In this document: positions 62,800 through 64,000 of the stretch, piece after piece
Numbering within the stretch: position 1 is the stretch's first letter
Layout: each line of letters opens with the position of its first letter
Assembly: GCA_009702045.1 (NCBI GenBank)
Contig: WLIV01000003.1
Span: forward strand, 67,591-131,590
Origin: Actinomycetota bacterium
GTDB taxonomy: Bacteria; Actinomycetota; Acidimicrobiia; Acidimicrobiales; Ilumatobacteraceae
Direction of reading: 5' to 3'
Length of the DNA stretch: 64,000 nt
Position numbers and translations under genes: made by a program
The notes under the pieces: generated by a model
The model's input: only the letters and a program-made list of their open reading frames with translations
Told to the model about the DNA's origin: nothing
Databases searched by the model: none

Positions 62800-63954
62800 A
62801 TGAGCCTGACGACACCTGGAACCCTGCCCACCACGATGCGCGAGATTCGTTCGCTGGTGACGGCCGATGGATATCTCGAACTGTCCATTGCCGAGGTGCC
62901 GGTGCCGGTGCCGGCGGCCTGGGAAGTGCTGGTGCGTATCCAGGGGGCGCCGATCAACCCCAGCGACCTCGGTCTGTTGCTCGCGATGGCCGATGTGTCG
63001 CAGGCCGTCGTCTCGGGCACCGCAGATTCGCCGGTGGTTCGCGCACCGCTCGCCGACCGCGTGCTCGCCGGGTTGGGGTCGCGCCTTGGCCAGTCGATGT
63101 CGGTCGGCAACGAAGGCTGTGGTGTTGTCGTTGCCGCCGGCGATGCGCCGGATGCGCAGGCACTGCTGGGGCGCACGGTGTCGTTGGTAGGTGGCGCCAC
63201 CTACGGCGAGTACCGCAATGTGCCCGCCGGTCTGTGCATGCTGCTGCCCGATGGCACCGACCCTGTGCATGGCGCGTCGTGTTTCGTCAATCCGCTGACA
63301 GCGCTCAGCATGGTGGAGACGATGCGCATGGAGGGTCACACCGCGCTCGTGCACACCGCTGCCGCATCGAACCTCGGCCAGATGCTGCAGCGCATCTGCC
63401 TCGCCGACGGCGTGCCGCTGGTGAACATCGTGCGCCGCCCCGAGCAGGAGGCCATCCTGCGCAGCCTGGGCGCCACCCATGTCTGCGACTCCAGCAAGGA
63501 CTCGTTCCGCGCTGATCTCACCGCGGCGCTCGTCGACACCGGCGCCACGCTCGCGTTCGATGCCATCGGTGGCGGTCGCCTGGCCGGCGACATCCTGTCG
63601 TGTATGGAGGTTGCGGTGAACACGAAAGCCACCGAGTACAGCCGCTACGGCTCGGACGTACACAAGCAGGTGTACATGTACGGCATGCTCGATTTTTCGC
63701 CCACCGAGATCGTGCGCGACTTCGGTCTGGCCTGGGGCCTGGGCGGTTGGCTGCTCACGCCGTTCTTGGGTCGTCTCGGACTCGAGGGGATGGCCCGTCT
63801 GCGCGACCGTGTGGTCGCCGAACTCACCACCACATTCGCCAGTCACTACACCCATGAGGTGTCGCTGGCCGGTGCGCTGTCGCTCGACGCGATTCACGAG
63901 TACTCCCGGATGGCCACCGGCCTGAAGTACCTCATCCGCCCGACAGAGGGCTGA
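62800..63954 (+). CDS. Medium-chain dehydrogenase/reductase (quinone-oxidoreductase-like, zinc-independent type)
   Basis: GAPINPSDLG, GNEGCGVVVAAGD, and the nucleotide-binding VHTAAASNLGQML. Confidence 0.75.
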   Translation: MSLTTPGTLPTTMREIRSLVTADGYLELSIAEVPVPVPAAWEVLVRIQGAPINPSDLGLLLAMADVSQAVVSGTADSPVVRAPLADRVLAGLGSRLGQSMSVGNEGCGVVVAAGDAPDAQALLGRTVSLVGGATYGEYRNVPAGLCMLLPDGTDPVHGASCFVNPLTALSMVETMRMEGHTALVHTAAASNLGQMLQRICLADGVPLVNIVRRPEQEAILRSLGATHVCDSSKDSFRADLTAALVDTGATLAFDAIGGGRLAGDILSCMEVAVNTKATEYSRYGSDVHKQVYMYGMLDFSPTEIVRDFGLAWGLGGWLLTPFLGRLGLEGMARLRDRVVAELTTTFASHYTHEVSLAGALSLDAIHEYSRMATGLKYLIRPTEG

Positions 63955-63962
63955 CCGCACCC

Positions 63963-64000
63963 ATGACGGATGTCCGCCTTTCCGTACTCGACCTGACCGT
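63963..64000 (+). CDS. Start of a gene running off the right edge; the N-terminus resembles LLM-class flavin-dependent oxidoreductases
   Basis: ATG at 63963 gives MTDVRLSVLDLT..., only 12 codons visible. Confidence 0.3.
   Translation, partial: MTDVRLSVLDLT

Overview
Very GC-rich, gene-dense bacterial chromosome segment. The gene content looks like an Actinomycetota-type monoderm: WXG100, DUF2510, DUF2017-like, L,D-transpeptidase, ECF sigma, VapBC and many Ala/Pro/Thr-rich lipoproteins. I call about 65 protein genes, 5 tRNAs (a Glu-Asp-Phe cluster, Leu and Ser), a few intrinsic terminators and four families of intergenic repeats. I found no rRNA, CRISPR array, cas gene, transposase or integrase. 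Most of the window is housekeeping or accessory metabolism: GH38 mannosidase, GH2 beta-galactosidase, acyl-CoA dehydrogenases, 3-hydroxybutyryl-CoA dehydrogenase, aldehyde dehydrogenase, thioesterases and PfkB kinases. The main things worth a second look are: (1) a clear heliorhodopsin gene translationally coupled (ATGA overlap) to a 532-aa NAD(P)-binding/DUF2867-like fusion protein, with no retinal-biosynthesis genes nearby; (2) a heme-b membrane protein, FMN-binding protein and ApbE flavin-transferase module; (3) a sulfur/thiol-redox neighbourhood with a rhodanese, polytopic membrane protein and ABC ATPase operon, DsbB plus two TlpA-like thioredoxins, and larB-larC without larA/larE; (4) GluQRS followed by a 2OG-Fe(II) oxygenase; (5) several dispersed palindromic or tandem repeat families in intergenic regions, one of which appears to have been inserted between two convergent gene ends. 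Many long Arg/Pro/Ala-rich ORFs in the six-frame track are antisense GC artefacts and were not called. All functional calls rest on motif recognition by eye and from memory. No database search was possible.
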